Shown here: positions 51,193 through 64,000 of the stretch, piece after piece | Layout of the letters: each line of letters starts with the position of its first letter | Position numbering within the stretch: position 1 is the stretch's first letter | Assembly: GCA_039545335.1 (NCBI GenBank) | Contig: BCIN01000001.1 | Location: 3,475,136 to 3,539,135, forward strand | Direction of reading: 5' to 3' | From: Kondoa subrosea | Taxonomy: Eukaryota | DNA: 64,000 bases | Made by a program: the position numbers and the translations under genes | Notes under the pieces: model-generated | Databases searched by the model: none | What the model was told of the DNA's origin: nothing | What the model saw: only the letters and a program-made list of their open reading frames with translations

Positions 51193-52112
51193 ATGTCTCA
51201 ATCCCAAACACAATCGCAAACGCAATACAGCCCTTCTCCTTCACCGAACAAGACAAGCTATCCATCTACAGGTGGTCGGAATCCAGCTGGTCAGATCGTT
51301 TGCAAGCACGATATAGCGGCTAGGGAGTTAGTTGTCAAAAAGGAAGGGAAGAATCAAGGCAAGAAGTTTTACAAGTGCACTCAAGCGCAAGATTGTTTGT
51401 CTCGATATCCCATTCAGGTAGTAATAGCGTTTTGGCTGACATACTTTTGTATATAGGTCAATTCTTCGCTTTTGGTGATTCTGTTCAACCAGCTCGATCT
51501 TCTTCTGCTTCCTCATCATCACCAAGTAAATTCACTCCTCGTCCACCTCAACGACCTTCAACACCAACTTCTTCTTCTACTTCTTCAAATCGGATGCAAT
51601 CCACGCCTACCACTACTCCGCGTCGAGCAGTTACACCAGATGAATACGATGCTTATTTAGAAGAAGCGATCCAATCTTCCCCCACTGCACCTATCTCACC
51701 TACTAAAAGAGGAAAAATGTCAGACCCATTTGAAGATGTTGATGATCCGATTCAAGATCCTATTGAACCTGTTTTGAAGAAACAAAAGTTTGAAGGATTT
51801 GGAAATACTTACAATACTACACCTGTGAAGAATGGTAGTCCGATGAAGAATGGAGGTGTTAGTCCAAGTAAAGGAGAAGGTGTATTAGCGAACATGAGTG
51901 AATTGGCTAGTATGTTGGGTGGGAAAGTGGAAGAAGCGTACTTGGAAATCAAAAAGGAGTTTGAGAAACAAAGTCGTTTAGCCATTTCGGCGAACAAGAG
52001 CAAAGAATACAAGGATAAATTGATTGAGCAATTGAGAGCGGAAATGGAAGTGCTTAGAATCAAGAATAGGAGTTTGGAAACGGAATTGAGTCAGTACAAG
52101 ATGGCTTCGTGA
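51193..52112 (+). CDS. GRF zinc-finger protein with C-terminal coiled coil
   Basis: CKHDIAARELVVKKEGKNQGKKFYKCTQAQDC|QFFAF. Confidence 0.8.
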
Positions 52113-52174
52113 TCTCTTTTTGGTTCAGTATACATATAGTACATGTAATTTTGCCCCTTTGTATTTCTTCAGAT

Positions 52175-52685
52175 CAGGTGACTATCATAACCCATGAAAT
52201 AATGAAGCCCATTAGAACTCTATGCGATAGTCAGAATCTCTTTACTTGATATGGATGACAGCGATGATGACTAACCCTCCAACAGAGAACCAAATATCAG
52301 GAGCAGACCACCCTTTCCCTAGCGTGTGTCCATTGTTCTGTTCCGGGCTTGACGAATACAATCCAGTCCCGGGCCAAAACGTTGTGCTATCTACGCTTGC
52401 ATTGGACGAATCGAGAAAGAGGAAGCTCGGTTTTGTTGAAGATGATGAATCAGTAGGAATAGATTCCGTTGATTGTCTTTTGGCTCTGTGACGGATTCAT
52501 TAGTGAGGCTGAGATTTCAGTAGCAATATCACTGACAGGTTCGAACTGGATAGTTGCCGAGGAGGCAGAACATAGACTGGTTTTCGCATCACGGCCAAAT
52601 TGGCTTGAGCAGGTTGGAGACATTGAAGTAAGGTGAATAAGAAGCCTAAAAGTTGAAGTATTGTTGCATAAGATGAGATTTGCAT
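52175..52685 (-). CDS. Small secreted or membrane/GPI-anchored protein; boundaries approximate
   Basis: Signal-like MQISSYATILQLLGFLFTLLQCLQPAQA, an intron, AKRQ site, S/T-rich middle, hydrophobic C-terminus (WFSVGGLVIIAVI). Confidence 0.45.
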
Positions 52686-53393
52686 TTGACTGATACAGCG
52701 AGGGTAAGAGCAAGAACTTAGAGATGATGAGAGTCATGATAGCAGAATAGGAAGATTCATTCTCAGAAGACAGTCTGAGTGAAGAAGATGTGTCGAATCC
52801 GAAAAGCCTTTTGTTGAGAGAAGATGCCGTCTAGGTCAGAGTAGTGCGACGAAGAGGTTGTGCTGATTTGCAGAAGGTCACCTCGCCCTGCCTCAGCTAC
52901 GAAAATGAAGCATAAGGAGAAACGATCCAGAAAGAAAGTATGCCAAAGAAGAAGATCAGTGAGTTAATGCCACTGCTGTTATATTGATCAGATCCCGTGA
53001 TATCCAGATGTCACATCCAGTCCTCTCCTTGCGCGCAAAGGAGCGAATGCGAAAGCCAAGAGAACGCACGGGCTCAAGATCAGCAGAGACATTCGCGAGA
53101 ATGGAGGTGTTTATTCTCGCTAGGAGAGGAAGCAGTATGGGAAAGGATACAGACAAGTATCAGCAGGATCTGGTTAACAAATGACAACACGGTCGAGAAT
53201 GAAAGTGGTGCACGGACGGTTGCAACGCTCAAAGGGCCTTGTTTCTTCTTTCGAACTCTTCACATTCTTTTCTCATTTCAAGACCACCATCACTCGAGGC
53301 AGACCCTCAAGCCACCACACTCAGCATCAAGCATCCCTTAGAATCGTTACACGGCTGGCCGTATACTTAAAAACAAAATAACATCTCTTAAGA

Positions 53394-54650
53394 ATGATTC
53401 CCCCTAAAAGACCAATGCGAGCTGCTGTGCTCTTACTGGTGCTCTGTTTGGCTGCTAGTACTACTGTAGAGGGTAGAATGGAGCAAGTAGTAGGACTCAA
53501 GCGAAGGGCGACGTTGGATTTGCATCGCGATATCAAGGCTAGACAAGTCCTTGGTGGTCCAGGCGATGTTGGAACCAATCAAGCGTCCTCAGCAGGTGGA
53601 GGCGCAGGTCAGCAAGCATCTCAAGGCAGCGCTGCCACGCCGAGTGCAGATTCTGAAGACACACCTGCACAAGCAACTTCAGCTGGCACAAACACGCCTT
53701 TCAATCCCATAACCGCTTTGTTCCCTGGCAAAACTACAGACGATACTCCTGAAGCTTCATCCCAAGTTGCATCATCAGCCAATACTGCGGCTCAAACAGC
53801 TCGTACCTCTCAATCTCAAGCTTCTGTTCCAGCTTCATCCGCAGCTACAGCTCGCAGTAGCGCGGCAACAGCTTCAGCCGACGATTCCGAATCTGTAGAT
53901 GTGGTCAATGTATACTCTACATCTCTAATTGCAGCTTCACTCGCTTCTGCTTCAGCTTCGGCTCAAGCGGCCTCTGCTTCAGCCAAGAAGGATGCGAAAG
54001 ACGATAACTCTGGACTCAGCAAGACTTCAATCATTACTATTGTAGCTATCGGTTCAGGTGTTGCTTTGATTGCTGCCATTTGGACGTATGTTCAACCCTG
54101 TTTCATGTAGGGAGAGCAAAGTCTGATTCTGATCGTATAGCATCTTCCGGAAATGGAAACTCTCACCTTCACGTCAATTCGAAGACAAGCTGACTCCGAT
54201 CGATTGGACACCTGAGCAAGATAAACTCGCTCTCACTCGAAGCAACTCAGATGGATCAGGTGTGTCGAGCATGCACAAAGGAAGCGGTGTCGGTGTTGGA
54301 GTGAGAAGGCAGAATTCTTGGGGCAGCGCAAACGGTTCGATGAAAGGTTATGGTTCAAGAACTGACATGTCGGAAATGTGCGTACTCAGGCTTCAGTTGA
54401 GCGCATCAGTGTGCTGAACCAGACCAAACGTACAGCCCCTACAACAACGCAATGCCTGCTTATCCACCTGCTAACTCCAGCTACGGCTATAATGATCAGT
54501 ACTCTCAACAACCTTCGCGCTATGAGAACCTTCAACGTCAACCGACTGGTGAGTCCTTGCGTTGATCTTTGCTTGTGACTTTGCTGATCTGATCTATCAG
54601 GCTTCACCAACGGTGGTCGTTATGGCGAAGGTTATCGATCAAACTACTAA
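53394..54650 (+). CDS. Mucin-like single-pass membrane protein (Mid2/Wsc-like architecture)
   Basis: Signal peptide, A/S/T-rich ectodomain, TM IITIVAIGSGVALIAAIWT|IFRKWKLSPSRQFEDKLTPIDW. Confidence 0.75.
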
Positions 54651-55677
54651 TCATCATCATCGTCTTCCTCTTTCTGTATGGGTCTTGCAATAGTGTCAAT
54701 ATTTTCTTCCTTCTCAATACTCCTATCATTATGTAAACTTCTTCTCTTCTCAAGCAAGAAAAACCAACTGCAAATTCGCTCCTTTCAACCACAACGCTCA
54801 TTTCAAAGTTTTAGCAAACGAAGAAAGAAGAAGAGCTTGGGAAGTGATTTAAGAAGAGAAGAAGAAGTTCACGACCATTTCTGGCGAAAGGCATAGAAAA
54901 AACGGACGCTTTGATTCGGTTTTCTTTCTTTCTTTTTTTCGCTTCCTCTTCGACGTTTAACTATGCTGTCGAAGAAACCTTGTAAGGCTTTTTTAGTTAG
55001 ATAAAGTATATGTGTGCGCGTGCAAAGTGGCTGGTTTACTTTGTGCTTGCTTTTTGCAAAACTCTCTTTAATCTGTAGCAATTATGTCTAGTATTCATTT
55101 TCATTTGTGTTGCTAGTATGTCTTGTTTGGCACATCTCTTCTCTTCTCTCCTCTTCACTATATCTCTGAGCCTCCCTCACTTCTGATGCTGATTCGTTCG
55201 AACTGTCAAATATATTCTCACGTTGTGCTAATCTCTGGGATTTTATTTCATGTATCGCGCTCGCTTAGTTACTGTTGGATTGACGAGCTGGTGTACTGCT
55301 TGGGGTTCCGGTAGTCAAGCAATCACTTTCTTCTGTTTGGGATTTCTGATGTGTCCGGAAACATCGGTAGCAGCCAGACAAGTAGATGGACAGAATACAG
55401 CCGAATGATGGATTCAAGAGTTTTTATGGAAATCAAAGCAGGGAGCTTTCTACATATAATGAGAGAAAGCGCACTAGCGCTTCGAGAGCTCAACTGGCCG
55501 AAGAAGCGGAAATCATTAAGACATTGATGATTCACATATTGTCACTTGCCATAACGTATTCTCTTACACTTCAGCGCTATTCATTGATTTTGTCACTTCC
55601 CCTCACGTCACATTTTGAATTTCGGGCGTTGTCTTATATTGTCTCGCCTTACTTTCGAACAGCGAACTCTTACAAAG

Positions 55678-57716
55678 ATGGCAGAACGATTCATTAGAGC
55701 TGCTATGAATTCCTGTATGTCCCTGATCGAGCGCGAACAATAGAAAGCTAATTGAAATTCCATGTGCGCATCAAAAGCTGGAGATCATAAGCCAAACACT
55801 GCGATAACGGATTGGATAGGTACGCTTCTCTCTCTCTCCGCTCAGTCTTGCTCGTATGCTTATCGAGTGCCATTTTCAGAGAGACTGTGTAGCGAGAGAT
55901 ATCAAAAGGATGACTATGATGGGATTGTGGATTTGATCAAGAGCATTAATTTGCAAAGTACAGGGTTCGGGTCTTTGTGCTTCTGCTTGCTCGTTAATCG
56001 GGCTGAGGAATTCGGTAATGCGAACAGGCCTGCGGAAGCTAGTAGAGCTATTCGCAAGAAACTCAAGTATGGCAATGTGCACAGGCAGACTCGAGCTCTA
56101 GTGGTTCGTACTGTCCTTTTGAATATATGTCTATACTCAAGTGCGAGTCGCAGATACTCAAAGCGCTAGTTGAGAATTGCGGGCCAAAGTTCCAAAGTGC
56201 GTAAATGCTCAACTTAAGGCTTGCATACGAAAGTTCACGATGGGGCCAATCGCACAGCCAATTTCGCCAACGAAAGACTACTCGAACGTATCAAGATCAT
56301 GGCTGGTGATCCATCAGTAGACGAAGGTGTCAAAAGAACTCTATTCTCGGTCCTCATTTCATGGCGTAATCAGTTCAAAGACGATCCTAAGATGTCCCTC
56401 GTTGCTGGATTGTATGATCAATTGAAGGTTAGCAGATGGTTTAAAGTGATCTAAAGAATATCTGATCTTAGAGATTCTGCATCTGCTATCAGCCAAACCG
56501 AGCTGGAGCAGATCAAGCCTTCCGAGCGGACCAAAGAAGGATAGAAGAAGAGAATCGAGCGAAAAGAGAAGCTCAAGCTGCTGAAAGAGCCGAAAGGGAG
56601 AAAGAAAGGATTGCTCGAATCCAAGCTGAAGAAGATGCTAGACGGAGAGAAAAAGAGGAAAGGAAACGCATGAAGGAGCAAAGTCGATATGGTAATCAAC
56701 CTGCTGCAAGACCTACTCAACGGAGAGCTCCTTTCAACTTCCAGCAGGTAGGCGGGATTGATCGCGCCAGCATGATAACTGCTAAAGCATTTTCCCTTCT
56801 GCAGGAAAAGCCAAACATTCTTGCTTCGGTTGGTGAAGCAACTCAAGCCTGTAACGGTCTTGTCAACGCTTTGCAAAGAGTCAATCGAGAATCAGAATCG
56901 GTCACCACTAATTTGGCTGTGCAAGAATATCTCATGAAAGTCAAAGATACTCGCAAAAAGGTCGTCAGATATACTCAATTGATCGAAGACGATCCTTCGG
57001 GCGATTTCATCGGTACTTTGCTTTCGACGAACGAACAGATTCTAGCTGCTTTATCTCTTTACGATCGCTGGTCTGTACCAGCCGAACACGATAGTGATGA
57101 TGAGGCTGTCGATGCGGCAACAGTAGCAGCAGCAACCAACAATCGTCAACCAGTTCAACCAGATATGGCAGCCAAACTGGCCAAGATGTCCTTGGACCAC
57201 GAAACGGAAATCATGAAGTTGCAAGATCGACAGAAAGCTGAAGTGGAACGATTGAACAGGAACAGAAGCGCTAATACTCCTTCTGTCGATTCTGATTTGC
57301 TGGATTTGGACTTCTCTGCTTCTGGATCTTCATCAAGAGGCGGTGGAGCTAATTTACCTAATCCTATGCAACCAAAACATGCTGCTTCTCAAGATAGACC
57401 GGCCGATACTCTTTCCCTGTACTCTGACTACAGCAGTTCGGATGAAGAAGATCATCGTTCCCCTACTACAAGTACTACAGCCAGTTCTTCTCATGGTCGC
57501 AGTTACTCGCAGTTTCTACAAGAGCAAGAGAAAAAGGATTTGGGCAAGAAGGGGATGCTGCAAGATCAGGATGAAGACCCTTTTGCGGATGTAAGCCTTT
57601 TCTTCTTGCTCAAGTATCTGTGCTGAATTTCATTGTTTTATTCTCAGCCTGATGACATGTCCGACGGTGCATCGACGCCTGGTATCGGTCCTCGTTCGGG
57701 ATATGCTGTAGTATGA
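55678..57716 (+). CDS. LSB5: VHS-GAT endocytic adaptor (Lsb5-like)
   Basis: AITDWIE, GPAEASRAIRKKLKYGNVHRQTRAL, LKALVENCG, GAT region LVNALQRVNRE..FIGTLLSTNEQILAALSLYD, DPF motif. Confidence 0.85.
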
Positions 57717-57998
57717 TCAGTGCAACAATTACATGATGCATTTCCACTCAAATGTAAAGATGATTTCAGAAATATGCATTGTCGTCTATACGCCCTTAAC
57801 GTAAAGAAACTGAACTCCATATTAGGAAAGTGTACAAGTCCTCGGATATCGAGAGTCTAATGATGACATATGTGAGGTATGAAAGTATTTGTTGGCCTTC
57901 TTGCCCAAGATGCTATGAAGCCGAACCCAAATGCTACAAGAGGAATAAGATCAGACGAGATGATATTAGTCACGATGACTACTCACCCATGCAGACCC

Positions 57999-60900
57999 TC
58001 AAATAGAAGATATCAGCGAGTTTGGTCGCAAGTTGAAGAACTCCTGGCATGTCTCGCCTTCCATGCGTTGGAAGCAGTAACCGCTGCACATGAGATGTAA
58101 GAATGGTTGCCTATGACCCCGGAAAAAGCGGAAGGCCTTACTTGTAGGACCAGCCTTCTCTTTTCTGAGTTCTCAAATCCCAGATACACCCTGAAGCAAA
58201 CAATCAGAGATAGTAGAAATAGAAGTGATCAGAACTCACAGTATCCGCATTGTTGAAGCGCACTTCTCCGAAGATTGACCACATCCAGCTTAGTCGACGA
58301 GTCACAGCCTTTCGGATCGACCAGATCATCGATCCAACTACCCATTTCTTCCGACCCTTCTCCGCATCTCAGCTGCAGCTCTCTGCCAACCCCATTTCTT
58401 GGCTTAACTGAGAGAGCATTTTGACCGGATGCGAAATCGACAAAGCTTCTTGACTCTAGCAGTTGTGTCTGGATAGCTAGTTGAGCTGCGGGATGAGGTA
58501 GAGCTGCTATTTGTTGAGCCGTCCTTGGCTTAGCATGAGCGGCCTTCGCCTTTGCAAATTCAGGGAATAGATCCATCAGAGTGTGGTGCCAGTCTGAGCT
58601 GCGAACACGACTTTGGCCATTTTGAGAGTAGAGTTTCATCAAGGCGTTGTTACCGAGGAGATTTGCTACAGCAGTTGCATATAGTATACCATCCTTGGCA
58701 TCGTCTAGAGTGTTGAGCACCAATTCACCAGCGCGATCGGTGTCTGTAGATCGACCGACTTGTTCAGGAAGAGCACCAGCTGCTGCAGTAACGAGTGGTA
58801 GTCCAGCAGCCATGGCTTCACTGACGGCAACTGATATACCTTCAGACATCGAAGGAAGAAGGAACATGTCGGCTGATTGATAGAAATCGGAAGTCTGAGT
58901 TTGGATGCCCATGAGACGGAAACAGGCTTCAAGTTTGTATTGTTTGATATGTTGACGAAGTTGTTCTTCAGATGGACCTGCGCCAACCATGACCATGAGA
59001 ATTCGAGTCTTCTTGGGTTGAGCTTCTGTTCCGCAATAGTATTGGTGATCTTGAATTAGCGATCGGATGATTTCTGGTACCACGAGCGGTCGTTTCTGGG
59101 GATCGAGACGGGCTACAGAGAGAAGGACTGCTGTATCTGCTGGTACACTGTATAATTCGTCCTTGAGCTGAGCCTTGAGAGTAGCATCTGTCGTCAAGCT
59201 GTTCTCTTCTAGATCCACACCAAGCTTGACTACTCCAACTCTGCTTCCATCCATACCTCGATCGACCATCCATTCCCGAAGATGGTGAGAGCAGGTGATA
59301 GTTCTGTCCAAATAGCGTTGACTCATGATCGAATAGGTTGGATAGCCTCCAGACTTCCATCCATCGTATGCTTCATTGTGCAAGTAATCGACGAAAGCTA
59401 TATTTGGGAGTTGTTCTCTGAGAGCAGGTAGCATTTCGTATGCGAGCATGGAATTGCTGAAGAGTATCATGGAAGCTTCGCGAGAGTTGGCCAGGTATGT
59501 GATGTATCTTGGGAAATCGCTAGCTCGAAGGAAGCTGGGCATGACATGTACGTCGTGAGTCCATTGCATGACTTGTGGTCGAAGTTCAAGACCTTCCGGT
59601 ACTTTTTGCAGAGTACAGACCACTGTGACACGATAGCCAAGTTTGGAGAAGGTTTCGATCATCCGTAATGCACCAATATCAGCACCGCCAACATATAGCC
59701 ATGGAAGGATAAACAGAATGCTTTTGCCCTGGGATGAATCAGTAATACGATTGATGAACGGTGCTTTCCAAGAGACCGGTTCCAGAGCAACAGAAGGAGG
59801 TGGTGTCTTGTTAGGAAATTCGCCAGGTTGCTTATCGAAAGCTTCATGTTTGGATTGAACTTTGGATCGCAATTGTGAAGTACCAGTCGTGAAGGTTTCT
59901 CCCCATCTCTCTTGACGGAACTTTTGATCGTTCACACGATACCTGCAAGCAAGTGATGAGGCTTCGGTCATTGGCCTGCGATGATGAGCTTTGCTTACCA
60001 GTATGCAAGTTCAGGGACTGTTCCTCCCCATTCACCTCTTTCAGCAAGGCACATCCAGAAGTCCCTGATCAAAATTTTGAGTCATCTCGTAAGGTCATCG
60101 GCAGAAACAAGGCACTCACCAGTCCTCTCCACCCAAAGCGAACGCAGTATCGTACCGACATTCGCCAATAGCTTCTCGTCTGATGACAGCGGCATTGGAG
60201 ACGTAGTTTTCCTGATGATTAGAACTGAGCGGAAGACCATGCATAAGGGCAGGACACGCGAACCGAAAAGTAATTCGCTACACCAAGATGAACACCTCTT
60301 CGTTCCGTTACATTCTGAGCACCAAATTTGACAAAGAAGAAGGATGCCAAAGACCATTGAGGATTGCTTTCGAGCATCCAGACAGCTTTTTCGAAAGCAG
60401 TCAATTCCAACAAATCGTCATCGTCCAAAGGTGCAACATATGGCGTGTAATGTTCCGGACTGGAAAGATAGTATTCGAGAGCCACATTCCGAGCACTTGC
60501 GAGCCCTGATTGACCGCTATTGCTGAGTAAGATGATTCTCGAATCGCTCGCTGCAGCCTCTTTCAATCGAGCTAAAGAATTTTGGTCGTCTGTATGATCG
60601 TTGACAATGATCCAGCGGAAATTTTGTAGACTTTGCTGTTGCACATTACGGTAGGTAGTTTCAAAGTTCGGACGAGGGTTCTGAGTTGCTGTAATGATTG
60701 TCAGGACCGGTTTTTCCTTTTTGTGAATAGCATAGCGAGCGCAATCTGTGAATTGATTTTGAGGTCTGTGTAAGGAGAGAGGATGGTTCGAATAGTCTAG
60801 ATGTGCTTCGTCTTCCCACACAGGTCGCGGATCGGAAGAGGCATGAAAGCTGCAAGATGATCCTTTCGAAAGCGAAGAGAACCTGGGACTTGATAAAGAG

Positions 60901-61249
60901 CTGCTTAGACTTGGTAGGATTCCCACGACCACAGTGTTGACCACATAAAAGGCAAGTAGAAGCAGACAGACCAATGTCAAACATCTTTTTGGTGTAAAGG
61001 AACGCGCATTGACGTGAACAAAGGGCTGGCGTGATGCTGCAGCGCTGGATTTGCTAGGAGAACGGTAAGAGCGACTTGCGAGGTTCCAAGATCGACTTCT
61101 AGGTGTACTTGGGACTTGACCTGAAAAGATATCTGTCGAAATGAAATTGGCCATTTAGCAACGCGAAATTTCATGCGCATTAGAAGATGGGAATCACCTA
61201 TCCCTGTAGATACCGAGGTTTGCCTTCCGTGTCCATGCAAGCTTGACAT
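57999..61249 (-). CDS. Membrane-anchored bifunctional glycosyltransferase (GT2 + GT4)
   Basis: TM anchor. GT2: LTIITATQN..WIIVNDHTDD..GLASARNVAL..APLDDDD. GT4: ILFILPWLYVGGAD..VARLDPQKRP..FLLPSMSEGISVAVSEAMAAGLPLV. Confidence 0.88.
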
Positions 61250-61580
61250 GACTAGAAGACCCGAGAAGTTTGACCTGAAAGAAGAGAACCTGTCGCGGTA
61301 TTTGCTTGAAATGCTTGTTTGGGTAGATCTCAGGGCTGCAGGCACCACAAACAGAGCGCTTAGTCGGACAAATGTCCACGATCGAAAGTACGGCGCCGAT
61401 AGGGAAAAAAAAGGCTCCAACGCGTTTTGCTCTCCACGAGAACACGGCATTCAGGCGAGCGGCACACAACGAAGTCGTGAGACAAATACCAAGCGCTTCC
61501 CTGTATCAGTGTGTGTGTGCAATGCAATTAATCCCGTCTAGTGTTACAAACAAATAGGAACCATGAGTGTCCTGAACCTT

Positions 61581-63363
61581 TCACTGACACTTGAGTCTTT
61601 CTAGTTGTGTCCAGTACGCTTGAGCCCAGCTCTCGAGTACACCAGCTCCAATAATCCAGTGCAGACAATCTCCGTCACTGCAATGAGCGTCCGGTCTTTG
61701 CCATGTTCCTGGATAAGGGCTATCGAAGAAGGTGCTTAGTAAGGTTCACATTATTGCCAAGACGGGAGAGTACTCACTCTACATAGTAGAAGGAAGGAGA
61801 ATCAATATTTTTGCCTTCCGAGGCCCATTTGACCCTTTCTATTTCGTACTTCCAAAGCGCGTTTTGTGAACTGAAGCTCGCCCAATTGTTCATGGTTGTG
61901 CGACCTTGTTCTCGATAAGGTGAATAGATAGCAGGCGGTTCAGGCGAGAGGAACATGGGTTTTGAGTAGCGTTTGCATTGTTCATGTGCAGCAGCTCTGC
62001 AAGCATAAATGAGGTTCAAATCCGAATGATTAAAAGCATAAGACGCTCACGTTCCACGGACAAAGACGATCTGATCGCTGCGAAGATGCTTTTGGGCCAG
62101 TTTAAGTGCTTTGGCAGCAATAGCTTGATAAACGTTGAGGAACTGATCCGCTGTGGAATCGTATCCGTCACCCAATACTTTTGAGAACCAAGCACCAGTG
62201 TTCAAGATGACCACGCGTTGTCCTCTGTATCTCATGTGAGCATTATTGCGTAGGGAGGAAAAGCAATGAGACTGACGGATCTTTACCGAGTTTTTGCAGA
62301 ATCGTTTCCAGATCAGGCGTGAAAGCGGGATCCCAGAATTTCTCTTGCTGAGCGGTCAGATTCGACAGAGGCTTGATGTACAGCTCGTTACTTTCCGCGC
62401 GACTGAGCAAGAAGCGAGAAAAGACATGTTGGACTAGAGGTCTATCGACTCCGCCTGGCAGAGTCTTCATATGTTCGTATAGAGGGTGAGAAGACGACAT
62501 CTTTCTAATCATGTTGTTGGGGCTTAGATGACCGCTGGTTTGTGTTGTTGCTTGCCCTAAAAGACCAGCAAGAGAATCTGAGATCAAGGCCTTAGTGTAG
62601 CACTTTGCTGCGAGAAGGCGGAAGCAACGTACATAGCTCGTGTGACGAAATGCTGTCGCCAATGAATGTCCATGATCCTTCTCTAACCAAAGATTCTATC
62701 ACATCGTCTTTGTTCATTGGTGCCAGATGACACATCGAAGCAGGAGGTGCAAATTGCCATTGATGAGCTTGCTTGTCCTATCATGCTCGCTCAGCATAAA
62801 CGCCCATCATTCGAAGAAGTCTAACAAACCCTGGCAAACAGTACTTTCTCCCTCTCTGGATCTGGTATGGATGCGCCTGGTTGCGGCAAACAGTTACCAT
62901 ATCTCGGAGGTGCTGGATCCAATCTTCCTGGCCAGCTGGATAATTGTGGACTGGACAAATATAGCTCTTTCCATGTTGACGCCTTTGAGGCTCTGCCAGA
63001 ATAGAACCATTCTCCAGCATGTGCCCATTGATCCAGACTACAGAGTGCTAGACAAGTGCTGTTGTCATTTTGATGTAGCGCTATCGACGATTACCATGAG
63101 CGACGCGTTTTGAATGATGGGTTAATTCTAGATTTACCAGAAAATGGTGCATTCGAGATTCGCTGGTCTATCACTTGAGTCGCGTGACTTCGAGTCCAAG
63201 CCAGGTATACCAAGCTAGCAAGAGCTACCAAAGGTGGTATGCTCCTTCGCTTATTCCTAAAACCCATAAAATTACGCGTGCTGCAGGAATCAACAGGTTC
63301 TGAACTTGATTTTGACAGCAGCAAGGGAGATGGATCCTCTGTCAGACTGATTTCTGCAGGCAT
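61581..63363 (-). CDS. PC-esterase/TBL-like (SGNH) putative polysaccharide O-acyltransferase or esterase, type II membrane
   Basis: TM, WQFAPPASMCHL, WTFIGDS, VVILNTGAW, IVFVR, RPDAHCSDGDCLHW (GDS plus DxxH). Confidence 0.82.
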
Positions 63364-63884
63364 TCGGTGTGGAATCATCGGATTCTTGTTAAGGAGAGTT
63401 AGAAGTATAATGGGCGGGAAGAGGTCCATGAAGCTTTTTTATGATCGCGAATGTAGCGAAATTCGTTGGAACAGCAAAAGTAAACAAATTGACTCCATAT
63501 ACACCTGGACTGAGAGAAACGGGTACCCGAGTGCTATATTTTGCACCAGGCTCTGCAGTTGTCACTAAAAGCAGCCTGCTATTTCGAGGGCAAGATGAAA
63601 GCGCGTCGCTGAGGTTGTCTGCCAAACATATTCCAAGCACCTCAATTCGAATATGACGGAGGCCAAGATTAGGCAACGAGCAGCAGAAAGGTGAGCAAAT
63701 CATATGAGGCTGTTCATGGCCATCGCTTCTGATCGAGATACAGCTAATGGCCCAATTTTCCGCGTCACCCGAAGGTTGTTTGGAAAGTAGATGCGTAAGA
63801 CGAGCGAGGGTCGATGAAGGACGCCATCAAGTGCCATTCATTGCTCTTTGAATTACATTTCCGAGATTTTCGGGTTACTAAAAG

Positions 63885-64000
63885 CTATTGGTCAATTCCG
63901 CCCGGACATGCATTTCGCCAGTGAGCTCACATCGTATCTTGGACATTTAAATCCGATGCAAGGTATACTACTGCTGCAGCGTAGGCGAAAAGAACTTTAT
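63885..64000 (-). other. Possible 3' fragment of a gene entering from beyond the window end
   Basis: Open hydrophobic frame KVLFAYAAAVVYLASDLNVQDT followed by a gtgagc donor. Confidence 0.2.

Noticed and set aside
54735..54955. Complementary pyrimidine/purine tracts (cttcttctcttct versus agaagagaagaag) suggesting a structured RNA
   Set aside because: Low-complexity pairing is expected by chance in a UTR, and no ncRNA motif was seen
57930..57990. Intron-like GT..AG just after the inferred glycosyltransferase stop
   Set aside because: Could be a 3' UTR intron or an error in my last-exon model. Not resolvable without cDNA.
1..64000. CRISPR arrays, tRNA/rRNA genes, transposases, prokaryotic operons
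   Set aside because: None seen by eye. The sequence is spliced eukaryotic DNA, so GTG/TTG-started ORFs in the track are mostly exon fragments.

Overview
Compact, intron-rich eukaryotic DNA from a fungus, most likely a basidiomycete (possibly Pucciniomycotina; inferred from short GT-AG introns, CTRAY branch points and gene content). I read about 30 spliced protein-coding genes. Most are housekeeping: Cdc15/SepH-type kinase (partial), Swi5/Sae3, adenosine kinase, GTP cyclohydrolase I, a WHIM chromatin protein, Erd1, Tom70, SUMO, NAD(P)HX epimerase, Prp46, a P450, an EamA transporter, an F-box protein, Yih1, Fip1, CIA30, Aim6, LDAH, heparinase II/III, Shy1, Lsb5, a GT2-GT4 glycosyltransferase and a PC-esterase. 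I saw no rRNA, tRNA, CRISPR array or transposase. The strongest observation is a highly spliced gene (14031-15452, minus strand) encoding three head-to-tail SUMO-like units, each ending in a diglycine (EQRGG, TQIGG, EQTGG-C-stop). It looks like a polyubiquitin-style poly-SUMO precursor and lies 3 kb from the ordinary SUMO gene. Next are a roughly 500 bp duplicated ADO1 promoter/first exon that brackets an orphan HExxH gene, and a secreted Cys-rich protein built from five consecutive 84-nt phase-1 exons. All gene models were spliced by eye. Family names come from motif recognition, not database searches.
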